DNA from: Candidatus Poribacteria bacterium | Lineage (GTDB): Bacteria > Poribacteria > WGA-4E > PCPOR2b | Assembly: GCA_965208325.1 (NCBI GenBank) | Contig: OZ242326.1 | Span: 4,368,153 to 4,432,152, forward strand | Reading direction: 5' to 3' | DNA: 64,000 nt | Part shown: piece after piece, positions 1 to 10,665 of the stretch | Position numbering within the stretch: position 1 is the first letter of the stretch | How the letters are laid out: each line of letters begins with the position of its first letter | Notes under the pieces: model-generated | Database searches by the model: none | Told to the model about the DNA's origin: nothing | The model's input: the letters and a program-made list of their open reading frames with translations, nothing else | Made by a program: the position numbers and the translations under genes

Positions 1-488
1 ATTCTCAAATAATCGCCGGTATCGGCGTCCCACAGTCGGATGGTACGGTCTCCGCTTCCGCTTGCGATAATATCCCCATTAGGACTGAAGGCGACACTAT
101 TCACCGGACCCGTATGCCCTGTGAGCGTTTGCAGGTGATGGCCAGTATTGGCATCCCACAGACGGACCGAACGGTCCTGGCTCCCGCTGACAAGCCTACT
201 GCCATCGGGGCTGAACACTACGCTCCAGACTCGACCCGTATGCCCGGTCAACAAGGCGACCTCTTGACGCGTCGCCGGGTTGTAGATCCAAATACCGATG
301 CTGCTAGCCACCGCAAGGCGCGTGCCGTTGGGGTAAAATTGTATTTCATTTATCCTGCCCTTACCCAGCCGCGTTTTAGCACCTTCAGGTAAGCCCCATT
401 GGGGAAAATCATGTGCAGTGCTGTGTGATAGACAGAATGCGGTAGCGAAAAAATATGCACTTAATTTGAAAAACAACGCTTTCACCAT
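1..488 (-). CDS. WD40-repeat beta-propeller protein, N-terminal part (3' end runs off the left edge of the window)
   Basis: Own translation of the minus strand from the ATG at 488 gives [32 protein letters not shown]...[75 protein letters not shown]. The N-terminus looks like a signal peptide. GGAGG lies about 8 nt upstream. It is a paralog of 555..2759. The ORF track omits it because there is no stop inside the window. Confidence 0.8.
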   Translation of the reverse strand, partial: MVKALFFKLSAYFFATAFCLSHSTAHDFPQWGLPEGAKTRLGKGRINEIQFYPNGTRLAVASSIGIWIYNPATRQEVALLTGHTGRVWSVVFSPDGSRLVSGSQDRSVRLWDANTGHHLQTLTGHTGPVNSVAFSPNGDIIASGSGDRTIRLWDADTGDYLR

Positions 489-554
489 TGAAACGATCCT
501 CCGTTAGCAGACCGAACATAGCGTCACTACTTTTCTCACCCGAAGTGTATGGCG

Positions 555-2759
555 CTACTTCAAAATCACCATCTGCCTTAACGACGTATAATCACCCGCG
601 CGAAGTTTATAGTAATACGAGCCGCTTGGGACGCGTTCTCCGTTTTGATTGCGTCCATCCCAATACGCTGCGCGCACCTTGTCTCGGTAGATTCCCGATT
701 TTTGATGTCCAATTTCGAGTGTGCGGACGATATGACCGCTCTGGTTGTAGATGTTCAACGTCACGAGCGCATCGTCCCCCAACTGATACGGAATCCAAGT
801 TTCGGGGTTGAACGGATTCGGAAAATTTTGCAGCAGCGCTGTCCGTTTGATGTCTCCCAAGGTGGTAATGCGGTTTCCCAACGGTTCCACGCCAAATGGT
901 ATCGAAGAGGGAAGTTCCCACAGCAATACGGTGCCGTCCCCACTCGCGCTGGCGAGTGCGCGTCCGTCGGCACTGAACGCAAGGCTTCGGACTTCACCTG
1001 TATGCCCTGCGCGCACTTGCAGTTTTTTTCCCGTATGGATGTCCCACAAGCGAATGGTACAGTCCACACCGCTACTGGCGAGTATTCGCCCATTGGGGCT
1101 GAACGCAAGGCTTAAGACCCAATTCGTATGCCCTTTGAGCGTTCGCAGACGTATTCCGGTATCAGTGTCCCACAGACGGATGGTAAGGTCACCACTCCCG
1201 CTAGCGAGCGTTCTGCTATCGGGACTAAATGCTACGCTCGTAACCGAATTCGAATGTCCTTTCAGCGTTCGCAGGTGATTTCCGGTATGGGTGTCCCACA
1301 GACGCACCGTAGTGTCGCGGCTGCCGCTAGCAATCGTGCCACCGTCTGGGTTAAACGCAACAACTTCAACCTCGCTATTATGCCCCATGAAGGTCAGCAG
1401 CAGTTTTCCGGTATCGGTGTCCCGCAGCCGCACTGTACCGTCTCGTCTCCCGCTAGCAATTGTTCGCCCATCCGGACCGACCGCAACGCAACTGAACCCT
1501 ATCCCTTGCCCGTCGTGGGTTCGCAGGCGTCTTCCGGTATCGGTGTGCCACAGACTTATGGTATCGTGTGCACTTCCACTTGCGATAGTGCGCCCATCGG
1601 GACTGAATCCAATGCTAAATACGCTTGATGAATGCCCCTTCAGCGTTCGCAGGTGTTTTCCCGTATCGGCATCCCGCAGTCGGATTGTATGGGTTTCACC
1701 GCTGTACGCGATGATGCTGCTATCGGGACTAAACACAACGCTATAGGCCCCTAACGTATATCCTTTGAAGGTTCGGCGGTGATTTCCGGTATTGGCGTCC
1801 CACAGACGGATTGTAGTGTCGTCGCTCCCACTTGCGATGGTGCCGCCATCAGGACTGAACGCTACGGTATCAACATCATCCTTATGACCTATGAGCGTTC
1901 GGCGGTGTTTTCCGGTATTGGCATTCCATAGACGGATTGTGTCGTCCCGGCTCCCACTAGCAATGGTGCGACCATCTGGACTGAACGCAACACTATAGAC
2001 GGCAGATTCATGTCCCGTAAGCGTTTGGCGGTGTTTTCCGGTATCGGCGTCCCACAGGCGAATAGTCTTGTCCCAACTCCCGCTTGCAATTGTACGTCCA
2101 TCGGGGCTGTACACAACCTTAACGATGCCGTCTTCATGCCCCTTGAGCGTTTGCAGAAGTTTTCCAGTATCGACGTCCAACAGTCGAATAGAGTTGTCCC
2201 CAATCGCACTAGCGATGGTGCGGCCATCTGGACTGAACGCAACACTAGAATGCAAACCCCCACGCAAACCATCCCTGAATATATGCAGGAGTCCTCCGGT
2301 GCGGGCGTTCCACAGACGGATGCTGCCCAAACCCGTACTAGCGATGGTACGGCCATCTGGACTGAACGCAATGCTAGAGATCCAATTGCTATGGTTGAGC
2401 GTTCGAAAGGGTTTTCCCGTGTCGGTGTCCCATAACCGAATAGTATAGTCCCAACTCCCGCTAGCAATTGTGCGGCCATCCGGACTGAACGCAACGCATT
2501 TGACATAGTATGAATGCCCGTTGATTAGGGCGACCTCTTGATAGGTCTCCGTATCGTAAAGCCAAATTCCGATGCTACTGGCAACAGCAAGTCGAGTGCC
2601 GTCAGGCGAATACTGAAGTTCACTTATTTCGCCTTTACCGAAGCGTGCTTTAGCGTCCTCGGGACGACCCCATTGCGGAGAGTCTTGGGCAAAGCTGGGC
2701 GGTAGATATAGGGAGGTTACTAACAGTAAGCTAAGCTCGAAAACAATCGCCTTTTTCAT
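555..2759 (-). CDS. Secreted WD40-repeat protein with a C-terminal T9SS/FlgD-Ig-like sorting domain
   Basis: 734-aa ORF starting at a true ATG, with signal peptide MKKAIVFELSLLLVTSLYLPPSFA. It has more than a dozen units of the type GH...V.SVAFSPDGRTIASGS.D.TIRLWD. The last ~95 aa begin LLQNFPNPFNPETWIPY, typical of Por/T9SS-type C-terminal domains. Confidence 0.9.
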   Translation of the reverse strand: MKKAIVFELSLLLVTSLYLPPSFAQDSPQWGRPEDAKARFGKGEISELQYSPDGTRLAVASSIGIWLYDTETYQEVALINGHSYYVKCVAFSPDGRTIASGSWDYTIRLWDTDTGKPFRTLNHSNWISSIAFSPDGRTIASTGLGSIRLWNARTGGLLHIFRDGLRGGLHSSVAFSPDGRTIASAIGDNSIRLLDVDTGKLLQTLKGHEDGIVKVVYSPDGRTIASGSWDKTIRLWDADTGKHRQTLTGHESAVYSVAFSPDGRTIASGSRDDTIRLWNANTGKHRRTLIGHKDDVDTVAFSPDGGTIASGSDDTTIRLWDANTGNHRRTFKGYTLGAYSVVFSPDSSIIAYSGETHTIRLRDADTGKHLRTLKGHSSSVFSIGFSPDGRTIASGSAHDTISLWHTDTGRRLRTHDGQGIGFSCVAVGPDGRTIASGRRDGTVRLRDTDTGKLLLTFMGHNSEVEVVAFNPDGGTIASGSRDTTVRLWDTHTGNHLRTLKGHSNSVTSVAFSPDSRTLASGSGDLTIRLWDTDTGIRLRTLKGHTNWVLSLAFSPNGRILASSGVDCTIRLWDIHTGKKLQVRAGHTGEVRSLAFSADGRALASASGDGTVLLWELPSSIPFGVEPLGNRITTLGDIKRTALLQNFPNPFNPETWIPYQLGDDALVTLNIYNQSGHIVRTLEIGHQKSGIYRDKVRAAYWDGRNQNGERVPSGSYYYKLRAGDYTSLRQMVILK

Positions 2760-3494
2760 TGGAATAATCCTCCATGCAAGCGTTCGGGATATATCTTCTC
2801 AATCTCTAATGGGTTATTCCAGAGATTTATCGGACGTGCAAAGTGAACTAGGCTCTTAATCTTGGCGATTGTACGAGCAAATACCGTGCCATTGACACAA
2901 AATCAGGACTTTATAGATGGCTTAAACGTGCACGCTGAAAGAGATGAAAGTTGAGAATTGAAAATGTAGCGATATTCCGACATCACTGTGTCAATTTCGC
3001 TACACCATTTGAATTATTTTCAGACGCGTTCCACACGCTGAAAATCCGATCCCCGGGTGATTGAAACCCGTGAGATTCAAATAGCATCGTCTTTTTTTCG
3101 GGGAACTTGAGAAGTGTCGGTTAGGTATTGTGCAATGGAGTCGGACTATGCGACCACATATACGGTGAGGTTTAATTCGAATTGAATTAGAAATTCACAA
3201 TTCAAATAATATTTCCGTTACTGTCGAATAGGGCAATTCTCGCCGCAAAAGGCAAATCGGCTCAAAACCTTCACGTCGAATCCGTTAAGATAAAACATCT
3301 GAAGAGCTGCGGCGAGAATCTAAGTGAGGAGCGGCAATTTTGACTAGTCTTAACCAGTTTACCGGCGTCGTGGGTCGTAACTCTTCGCCGTTGGATAGGT
3401 CGGCCTCAACATGCACGCCATTTACAGATATTCTTGTTGCGTTTCAGCCGACCTACCGAAGGACTCAGTGTAAGAATCATTCACGGCTACACCG

Positions 3495-4541
3495 TTATCT
3501 TGCCGATGTACTGTCCAACTGCTTGACCCATCCCCAACTCAGCGGCTGCTTGCCCGCGGGAGATACGGCAAATTCGACGACAAAATCGGGATCAAACCAA
3601 GCGGGTCCCCGGTTAATCGATCCAGCTTCTCCAATAACCGGCAGGTTAAACCGATTTTCGTGATTTCCTTTTCCAGCTGCATTCTTCACATCGTAGATGA
3701 CTATCCAAGCGGAACCGCCCGCGAACATAATCGTTGCTACTTGCTTGTCGTTCGGATTCCAGGTTATATCTTGTTTTTCTTCCTGGCTAAAGATTTCAAA
3801 TACGTTTTGGGCTCCATCTTCGCCAACTTCGGCGTCCATTACCCACACGTTTCCGGTTCCGTCTCGCCGCGTAATCCATGCAATCCGGTCTCCTTCAAAC
3901 GAAAATTCCGGCTGAATATCCTCGCCCTTATGATTTGTGTAATTCACCTGGTTTCCGCCATCGGAATTCATCACGTAGATGTCTCCGAGCGTGCGTCCGC
4001 GTTTGGATGAGAACGCAATCCGCCGACCGTCCGGCGACCAAGATGGCATTTTGTCTGGGGCGGGGTCGTTTGTGAGATTGGCAATAATATTGCCACCATC
4101 CGACATTACATAAATTTCGAGGTTCCCGTCCCTATTAGAAGCGATGGCGAGCTTTCTGCCGCCAGGGTGCCAATCGGGCCAGCTATCTACGCCTTCATGA
4201 TCGGTGATTCGCCGCAGATTCTTGCCGTTGGCGTCTACGATATAGATGTCGGTATTTTTCTGTGAAGTCGCATGGAAGGCGAGTTTGCGGCCATCCGGTG
4301 ACCATTCAAGTCCAAGCGGCCGCGGGTCTTCGTTATCTGTTGCAAGGTTGAACAATGCATTCACAGCACCGCCGCCTTTCCCTTCAGGATTAGTCAAAAA
4401 AATTGTCTCCTCGCCGGATACAGCTATTGTCGCTTCGTTGGGTGCGATCGCCTGCCCGCCCATAGGAAAAACGAGGTTGATTAGGATTACTAATTTGGAG
4501 AATGCCAAGATTCTCAAAGTCAATAGCGTTCTGTTTTGCAT
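3495..4541 (-). CDS. TolB-like (PD40 beta-propeller repeat) periplasmic protein
   Basis: PD40-type repeats are present (WSPDGRKLAF...DIYIV, WHPGGRKLAIASNRDG..EIYVM, WSPDGRRIAFSS...DIYVM). Start re-set to the ATG at 4541 (MQNRTLLTLRILAFSKLV...), which is preceded by GAGGAGG. The longer ORF-track start lacks a signal peptide. Confidence 0.8.
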   Translation of the reverse strand: MQNRTLLTLRILAFSKLVILINLVFPMGGQAIAPNEATIAVSGEETIFLTNPEGKGGGAVNALFNLATDNEDPRPLGLEWSPDGRKLAFHATSQKNTDIYIVDANGKNLRRITDHEGVDSWPDWHPGGRKLAIASNRDGNLEIYVMSDGGNIIANLTNDPAPDKMPSWSPDGRRIAFSSKRGRTLGDIYVMNSDGGNQVNYTNHKGEDIQPEFSFEGDRIAWITRRDGTGNVWVMDAEVGEDGAQNVFEIFSQEEKQDITWNPNDKQVATIMFAGGSAWIVIYDVKNAAGKGNHENRFNLPVIGEAGSINRGPAWFDPDFVVEFAVSPAGKQPLSWGWVKQLDSTSAR

Positions 4542-4702
4542 AAGTCTTTCCTCCTCTTTACAATTTGAAAATTCACGGCAAACGCCGTCTATCCAAAAAC
4601 TGTCCGAGAACCAATTGGAATAGTAAATTAATTTGGATCGAGTGTTGTGCTGCACCTTATTTTCAACTGTATGGCTCGCAAATTCTGCACGTGCCGTAGT
4701 GC

Positions 4703-6175
4703 CTACTCAACCATGCCAATCTTCGCCGCCTCGGGCGCGCGTGTCGGCAAGCTCTGTGTTGCAAGCTGATCCTCCGGGACGTAGCGAGAGTAATCTGAAA
4801 TCTTTCCGTGGGTCAAAGCGTATACCGCTACGTTGGTCATAAACCGATACACGCCGGGAGAATAGTGCACGGACCGCGTCGGCAGGCTTACGGCTTCCAT
4901 TGCGCACATGTAGTCACGGCGGACCAGCAACACCGAAAGCTTTTCGCCTACGGAAATGCCTTCGAGGAAATTCCGCTTCGGCGGCTGTGTGCCAAACCAG
5001 AAGATATCGAAACCGACCGGCGGTCCGCCCATTTCGTAAAAGTTGTTATAGACTTCATGGTCATTGGGAATCCGTTCCAACTGGTATTCTGGCATCACAT
5101 AGCGCATTTGAGCCATGAATATGCGAACAGTTGCTTGAGCCGCCCGATTTACGCCGCAATCATCGAATATTAGAATTCCGCCCCTGTCAACAAGGTATCG
5201 CCGCAACCCAGCCGCTTCCGGCTCAGTAAACCTGCTGTTCAGCGTTGCACCTAAGCCGCCCTTGTTCACATGCGTCCGCACGAGGGCAGGATCATGCCCT
5301 GTCATGAATGCCATTGGAGTCTTTTGCAGATTGGCGTCCGTTAATTTCAGCGCGCCACCTTCAACGTTCATGTCGGTTTTGATTTTCGTCCGCTCATTGA
5401 GCCATTTTGTCAGCGCATTCAGCGATGACGCATCTGCCCACCAATCGGCAAGATTGTGCCGGATTCGTGCAAATCGGAAGACGCCTTGTATGTCGCGCCC
5501 TTTGCCAATGACTCGACCCCCAGGCTCTCCTCTCGGCAGGGGCGGAACATCGACATTGCCGAGCGTGATGCTTTCAACTACATCGCCTAGCGCATCTCGT
5601 GCAGCACCAACCTGCTCCACCATCGTCAGACCCGGTGGACGTTCAAATGCAACCTTTACCTGCACTATCCCGCCGGCAATCCCGCGTCCAATATTCGACG
5701 GGCCGGCACTTGGTGCAGACGCAACAGGCCCGGAAAACGCCAATGCGCCCGGCGCATCAGATACCGGCAAATCGGCATGCGTTGTTATTTGCGGAACCGG
5801 CGCATTCGGGTTAACGACTTTGGGAACATTAGGATTGATGGGTTGGTCTAGTTTGACGACTTTATTCGAAAATTCGAGCACGGTTTGTGGCTCGATTGTA
5901 GACGTACGAACGACCGCAGCGGTTGTGACTCTGGGTTGAACCTGAACCTGTTCAACGACAACGGTGTTATCCGTTGGAATAGTCGGTTTAATCTGTTTAA
6001 TAACCGGCTTACGTACTTGGGGTTTTGGCGGCTCAGGCGGTTCAAGCACTTGTGCACCGACTAAGTCTTTGAATTGCGGGGTTTGTGTGACGAGATAAAC
6101 ACCTAGAATCAGCACAGCGACGCCGTGAAGAATCAACGATGTCATCAAGGCACCTGAAATCTTCTTGGCACTCAT
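4703..6175 (-). CDS. Membrane-anchored DUF4159-like protein with a Pro-rich TonB-like linker
   Basis: It has an N-terminal TM helix (LMTSLILHGVAVLILGVYLV) and a Pro/Lys/Val-rich spacer (EPPEPPKPQVRKPVIKQIKP). The C-terminal region (LKLTDANLQKTPMAFMTGHDPA...FTEPEAAGLRRYLVDRGGILIFDDCG) matches what I recall of the DUF4159 family. GGAGG lies upstream. Confidence 0.65.
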   Translation of the reverse strand: MSAKKISGALMTSLILHGVAVLILGVYLVTQTPQFKDLVGAQVLEPPEPPKPQVRKPVIKQIKPTIPTDNTVVVEQVQVQPRVTTAAVVRTSTIEPQTVLEFSNKVVKLDQPINPNVPKVVNPNAPVPQITTHADLPVSDAPGALAFSGPVASAPSAGPSNIGRGIAGGIVQVKVAFERPPGLTMVEQVGAARDALGDVVESITLGNVDVPPLPRGEPGGRVIGKGRDIQGVFRFARIRHNLADWWADASSLNALTKWLNERTKIKTDMNVEGGALKLTDANLQKTPMAFMTGHDPALVRTHVNKGGLGATLNSRFTEPEAAGLRRYLVDRGGILIFDDCGVNRAAQATVRIFMAQMRYVMPEYQLERIPNDHEVYNNFYEMGGPPVGFDIFWFGTQPPKRNFLEGISVGEKLSVLLVRRDYMCAMEAVSLPTRSVHYSPGVYRFMTNVAVYALTHGKISDYSRYVPEDQLATQSLPTRAPEAAKIGMVE

Positions 6176-6253
6176 CTTCCGTGTCGCCTCCGATTCGTAT
6201 TAGTAAGCGCGGCATGGGACCTATAATTCAACTGCGCCGCCAGTACAAAGCCT

Positions 6254-7282
6254 TTATTCTGGCCTGTAAATCCCTGTGCCTAGCTGTTTAATCCAACTCC
6301 AGGTCAAGGGGCGCTTTTTGCCGGGCGATACTGCATACGGCACAACAAAGTCCGGGTCAAACCAATCCGGAGAACGGCTGCCTTGCCATTCTGCGCCAAG
6401 CGGCAAGACTTTTCCATCTGCACGTACATCGTCGACAACCTTATCTGATTCCATCACGGCAATTTCCACAAACGGAGCATCTGAAAGGACGAGCATTGTT
6501 CCATCGGGAGACCACGCCGGGTCAAAGTTACATCGCGGCCCAGGCGTGAGGTTTTTCACGTTTTCACCGTTGGCGTCCATGGTGTGCAGATCGCCCGTCC
6601 CATTGCGCCTAGATGTCCAGACAATCTTTTGGCTGTTCGGCGACCAACGGGGATAGCTGTCATCGCCGCGGTGGTTAGTCAAATTCAAGGGGTTTTCACC
6701 ACTCGCATCCATCGTGTATACATCTGAAATAGTTCTACCCCGCTTGGAAGCGAAGGCAATCATTCGACCGTCGGCTGACCAATCAGGTTGCCTGTCGGGA
6801 GCAGCGTCGTTAGTCAGGTTCACCCCGACGTTCCCGTTAGCTGTCAATGTGTAGATTTCGTAATTGCCATCCCGATTGGTGGTGAACGCAAGCCGTTGTC
6901 CGCTAGGATGCCACGTGGGCCAACTATCCTCGGCTTCATGGTTGGTCAGTCTCTTGAGCTTCTCGCCATCGGCGTTAACCACGTAGATATCAATGTTGCC
7001 GTCCAACTTGGTATGGAACGCCACCCTTTGTCCATCTGGCGACCACCTAACCCCTAACGGCTGTTCGTCCGCTTTAAGCCGTAAATCAATTAACGGACGA
7101 AGATTTGCACTGTCGGGGTCCATCAGCCAAAGGTCGCCTTCCGGTTGGCTGCTCGAAAACACAATGGTCGGATCCTCGGGTGCCCGCTGCGCAATTGCGC
7201 CGGACGCAACAACCATGCTGCCAATAAGGAACGTAGTTACTGAAAATACAAGCCGCGTTGCGAATGGTATTCTATGTTGCAT
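6254..7282 (-). CDS. TolB-like (PD40 repeat) periplasmic protein
   Basis: Signal peptide present. PD40 repeats are present (WSPDGQRVAF...DIYVV, WHPSGQRLAFTTNRDGNYEIYTL, WSADGRMIAFAS...DVYTM, WSPNSQKIVWTS). GAGGAG lies upstream of the ATG. Paralog of 3495..4541 and 9461..10513. Confidence 0.85.
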   Translation of the reverse strand: MQHRIPFATRLVFSVTTFLIGSMVVASGAIAQRAPEDPTIVFSSSQPEGDLWLMDPDSANLRPLIDLRLKADEQPLGVRWSPDGQRVAFHTKLDGNIDIYVVNADGEKLKRLTNHEAEDSWPTWHPSGQRLAFTTNRDGNYEIYTLTANGNVGVNLTNDAAPDRQPDWSADGRMIAFASKRGRTISDVYTMDASGENPLNLTNHRGDDSYPRWSPNSQKIVWTSRRNGTGDLHTMDANGENVKNLTPGPRCNFDPAWSPDGTMLVLSDAPFVEIAVMESDKVVDDVRADGKVLPLGAEWQGSRSPDWFDPDFVVPYAVSPGKKRPLTWSWIKQLGTGIYRPE

Positions 7283-7486
7283 TCGTGTTTTCTCCTCTCG
7301 CTGTTTCAGAGTTGCCGGTTAGAGATATTTTATAACTAACGGCTCCAATTGTCAATCAATTTAAAGGGCGATTGCGTAACTGCTCATTGGGAAGGAACGT
7401 ACGGTATTCGTGCCTGACTCGACGTTTCAGCGTCTGCGTTAGCCTGCATTTAAACGACGGTCCGCGGATATTTGACAACTGTTGCA

Positions 7487-9394
7487 CTACTTGCTTACCC
7501 TCTGCCTAGCTTGCCGAATGGCATCAAGGCCCTGCTGATACGTTGCGTTCTCGGGCTGCAGCGTCAGCGCTTTCTGAATTGCGTCTTCTGCCCTCCCGTA
7601 GTCTTTCGTGCGGTATAACAACCAAGACAGCGTATTCAGATGTTCCGCCGCGTTGGGTTGAAGTTTGACGGCTTCTCGCGCGAGTTCCACCGCCCTGTCA
7701 AGGTGGATGTCCTGGGCGCCGTATAGATGCGCCAGCCGTTCGTAGGCGTGCGCAAATGAGGTACCTAGAGCAACTGCCCGTTCAAATGCCCGCACAGCTT
7801 CGTCGTTCCGACTTTGCGCCGCATGGATTGTGCCCAAAAAGTAGTATGCATCTGCCATGTCCGGTTGACGCCTCAGCGCCGCATTCAAGTTATTTGCCCC
7901 GTCATCTAACCGTCCTTCCCGGACAGCGATGACACCGAGGATGTAATGCGGTTCAGCAAGCTCGGGGTCGCTGGCAGTGACCAGTTTATAGTGGTGAACC
8001 GCTTGTTGAACCAGTCCTTGGCGCAAGTAGACGCGGGCCAGCCCCAGAAAAACCTTTGGGTCGCTTAACCCGAACGACAGCAGTTTTTCAAATGCCGTTT
8101 GAGCTTCTTTAAAACGGGATAGTTGAAAGGCGATATTGCCCACGTTCTGCCACGATTCTACAGAGTCGGGTTCAAATTCCAGCGCTTTTCGATACGCCGA
8201 AAGGGCGCGGCCGTAAGCCGCAGCATCTTTGGATGCCTGCGCTTTCTTAAACCAGATTAATCCCAAACCCCGGTGCACGGCAGCCGACTCCGGTTCCAAT
8301 TCAACTGCGCGTTGCTGCGCCGTAATCGCGTCGTCAAGTTTGCCGCGCATCGTATAAACATGCGCCAACCCCTTATGTGCTTCCGTCGAGTTTGGATAGT
8401 GCGCCACGGCTTTTTGGAACTGTTTTATTGCTTCTGCATAAATTTTGTCCCGATTGGGTTCCCACCCAGGCTGCGCGGCGAGTGCATCGGCTTGTGCCAT
8501 GCTCTTGAGGCCTGCGTCTATAGCATCATTTGCTGTCAACTGCCCTTTTATCCGCCGATACCGCTGCATCTCGGATTCGGCTTCCGCTGTTCTCCCTTGC
8601 TTAAAATACAACAGTCCCAACTGATAGTACGCGCTTTCCATCTGAGCGTCAATGCGAATAGCTTCGCGGAAAGCAGCCTCCGCGCCATTCTCCTGTTCCT
8701 TTGAGAGATTTACCATACCAAGTTGGAAATAGACTTTGGCGAGCGGCGGCCCCAAATTTATCGCGCGTCCGAAATGTTCGGCAGCTTGGTCAACCCTGCC
8801 CTGTTCAAATGCGATTCGCCCAAGAAAGTAAATCACATGCGCGGGCAGCAGCGCATCCACGCCATACGCGCCTAATCCCGCTTGAGGCGAGGACGGTGCA
8901 GTACGGTATTTCGGCGCGTCCGGCGACACCATCAGTGCGAAGGCCTTTTCGAATTCGGCGATTGCGCGATCATAATCATGGCGCTGAAAGTGAACCATTC
9001 CCAGCTGCGCGTGAGCCTGGTCCCAATCTGGGAAGAGCTGAATAGCTCGCTCAAGCACGGGTATCGCCCGCTCATATTCTTCTCGCAGGTAGTAGATGCC
9101 GCCCAAGCGGTGGTAGATACTGGCATCTTCTGAATCTAACCGAAGCGCGTTTGAAAAAGCCGCTTCCGCTTCGTCTGTCGCATCAAGCGACAGGTACGCC
9201 AATCCCAGATTCAAATGGGCTTCGGCCGAGTCGGGGTTTTCATCGACCGCCTTTTTGTACGGAGCGACCGCTTGCGACAACCCGAATGCCGCATCTTGGG
9301 GCTGTGAAACCGTGCACAGTCCAATTAGCATGACCGAAATAAAACCCGCAAAAGCGAAACTCCGGCTTGTTCGCGGAAGGAAGCAGGTAATCAA
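7487..9394 (-). CDS. Tetratricopeptide-repeat (TPR) protein, secreted or membrane-anchored
   Basis: 635-aa ORF with a hydrophobic N-terminus and many 34-aa TPR units (e.g. AEAHLNLGLAYLSLDATDEAEAAFSNALRLDS). It is a clear full-length paralog of 60764..62704. Confidence 0.85.
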   Translation of the reverse strand: MITCFLPRTSRSFAFAGFISVMLIGLCTVSQPQDAAFGLSQAVAPYKKAVDENPDSAEAHLNLGLAYLSLDATDEAEAAFSNALRLDSEDASIYHRLGGIYYLREEYERAIPVLERAIQLFPDWDQAHAQLGMVHFQRHDYDRAIAEFEKAFALMVSPDAPKYRTAPSSPQAGLGAYGVDALLPAHVIYFLGRIAFEQGRVDQAAEHFGRAINLGPPLAKVYFQLGMVNLSKEQENGAEAAFREAIRIDAQMESAYYQLGLLYFKQGRTAEAESEMQRYRRIKGQLTANDAIDAGLKSMAQADALAAQPGWEPNRDKIYAEAIKQFQKAVAHYPNSTEAHKGLAHVYTMRGKLDDAITAQQRAVELEPESAAVHRGLGLIWFKKAQASKDAAAYGRALSAYRKALEFEPDSVESWQNVGNIAFQLSRFKEAQTAFEKLLSFGLSDPKVFLGLARVYLRQGLVQQAVHHYKLVTASDPELAEPHYILGVIAVREGRLDDGANNLNAALRRQPDMADAYYFLGTIHAAQSRNDEAVRAFERAVALGTSFAHAYERLAHLYGAQDIHLDRAVELAREAVKLQPNAAEHLNTLSWLLYRTKDYGRAEDAIQKALTLQPENATYQQGLDAIRQARQRVSK

Positions 9395-9460
9395 GAACTA
9401 ACCTCATTTTTGTGGATGAATTAAATCACTATGGATAAATAGCGTAGGGGCTAGGAATTT

Positions 9461-10513
9461 TCAGTCTCGCGGCCCTAAATTTTTTATCCATCCCCACGTA
9501 AGCGGGCGCTTGTCAGCAGGCTCAACATCGAATGGCGGCGCTGGAAATGCGGGGTCGAACCAAGCTGGAGACCGGGCGCGCCTGCCTTTATCTAGCACAA
9601 GAATCTGTAAGAAATTTTTCGCCGCCTTGAGGTCCGCTTCGAGCGTTTCTCCAACGCCAAGCTCGTCGATTGCGTGGTAAAGGAAGATGCCTTGCGGGAA
9701 TGACAGGGAGGCGATGCTTTTGCCGTCTGGAGACCATGTAGCATCCTTCTTCTCCTCGGTGCTCTTTACCCACCGCTGATTTTCGCCATCCGAATCAATG
9801 ATGTAGATGTCACCCGTGCCGTCTCGCCGAGATACCCACGCCAATGTTTCACCGTCAGGCGACCACCTCGGTTGAATATCCTGGCCTTTATGATTGGTGA
9901 TATTCTGCAGATTTTCGCCTTTCGAATCCATCACATAGATATCTGCAATCGTGCGGCCTCGCTTGGTCGAAAACGCAATCTTTCGCCCGTCAGGCGACCA
10001 AGACGGGTCAATATCGGGCGCAGCGTCTGCTGTGAGGTTTCCGCCGACATTGCCTTGCGCCGTCATGGTGTAGATTTCAAAATTCCCGTCACGGTTGGTG
10101 GCGAACGCCAGTTTTTGACCGCTCGGATGCCACGTGGGCGAGCTGTCTTCCGCCTCATGCTCGGTAAGCCTCCGCAAATTTTTCCCGTCGGCGTTCACGG
10201 AATATACGTCAATGTTGTCCTTCAAGTTAGTATGGAAAGCCAACATTTCACCGGTTGGGGACCATACCAAGCCCGCCGGCACCGGCTCGCCGTCAATTTC
10301 TAATACCAAGAAAGGAGGGTTTACACCTGCCGGATCCATTGACCAGATGCCTACTTCGCCCGCCACACCGTCGGTGCCCACGACTATCGTTGGCACCATT
10401 GGTGCTTGAGCCTGCCCGCTCTGGAGCGGAGCAATACAGTTTATGAGAAGCACGCCGATGAACACGACCGGCATGAATATGTCCCGGATCTGAAGGTTTT
10501 GTCGGATTTGCAT
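9461..10513 (-). CDS. TolB-like (PD40 repeat) periplasmic protein
   Basis: PD40 repeats are present (WSPTGEMLAF...DVYSV, WHPSGQKLAFATNRDGNFEIYTM, WSPDGRKIAFST...DIYVM, WSPDGETLAWVS..DIYII). Start re-set to the ATG at 10513 (MQIRQNLQIRDIFMPVVFIGVLL...), with GAGGTGA 5 nt upstream. Confidence 0.8.
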   Translation of the reverse strand: MQIRQNLQIRDIFMPVVFIGVLLINCIAPLQSGQAQAPMVPTIVVGTDGVAGEVGIWSMDPAGVNPPFLVLEIDGEPVPAGLVWSPTGEMLAFHTNLKDNIDVYSVNADGKNLRRLTEHEAEDSSPTWHPSGQKLAFATNRDGNFEIYTMTAQGNVGGNLTADAAPDIDPSWSPDGRKIAFSTKRGRTIADIYVMDSKGENLQNITNHKGQDIQPRWSPDGETLAWVSRRDGTGDIYIIDSDGENQRWVKSTEEKKDATWSPDGKSIASLSFPQGIFLYHAIDELGVGETLEADLKAAKNFLQILVLDKGRRARSPAWFDPAFPAPPFDVEPADKRPLTWGWIKNLGPRD

Positions 10514-10665
10514 GGTTATCACCTCATCGTGTTGGTTAAGGTTAATGGACAATCGCTAAGAGAATCCGGGAAGACGAATTCCTCGGCGCATTTACGCTCG
10601 GTATTGCCTGTGAAAACTCGACCGGTTTTTAGCTTGTTGAAACACGCGGTGAAGGCGGTTAAATA

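Noticed and set aside
607-2506. Numerous 100-200-aa ORFs on both strands inside the WD40 gene (e.g. 1128..1628, 1889..2506).
   Set aside because: These are shadow ORFs in a long repetitive GC-balanced gene. Their products are Arg/Ser/Pro-rich and repeat with the WD40 period. The 734-aa frame has an unmistakable domain signature.
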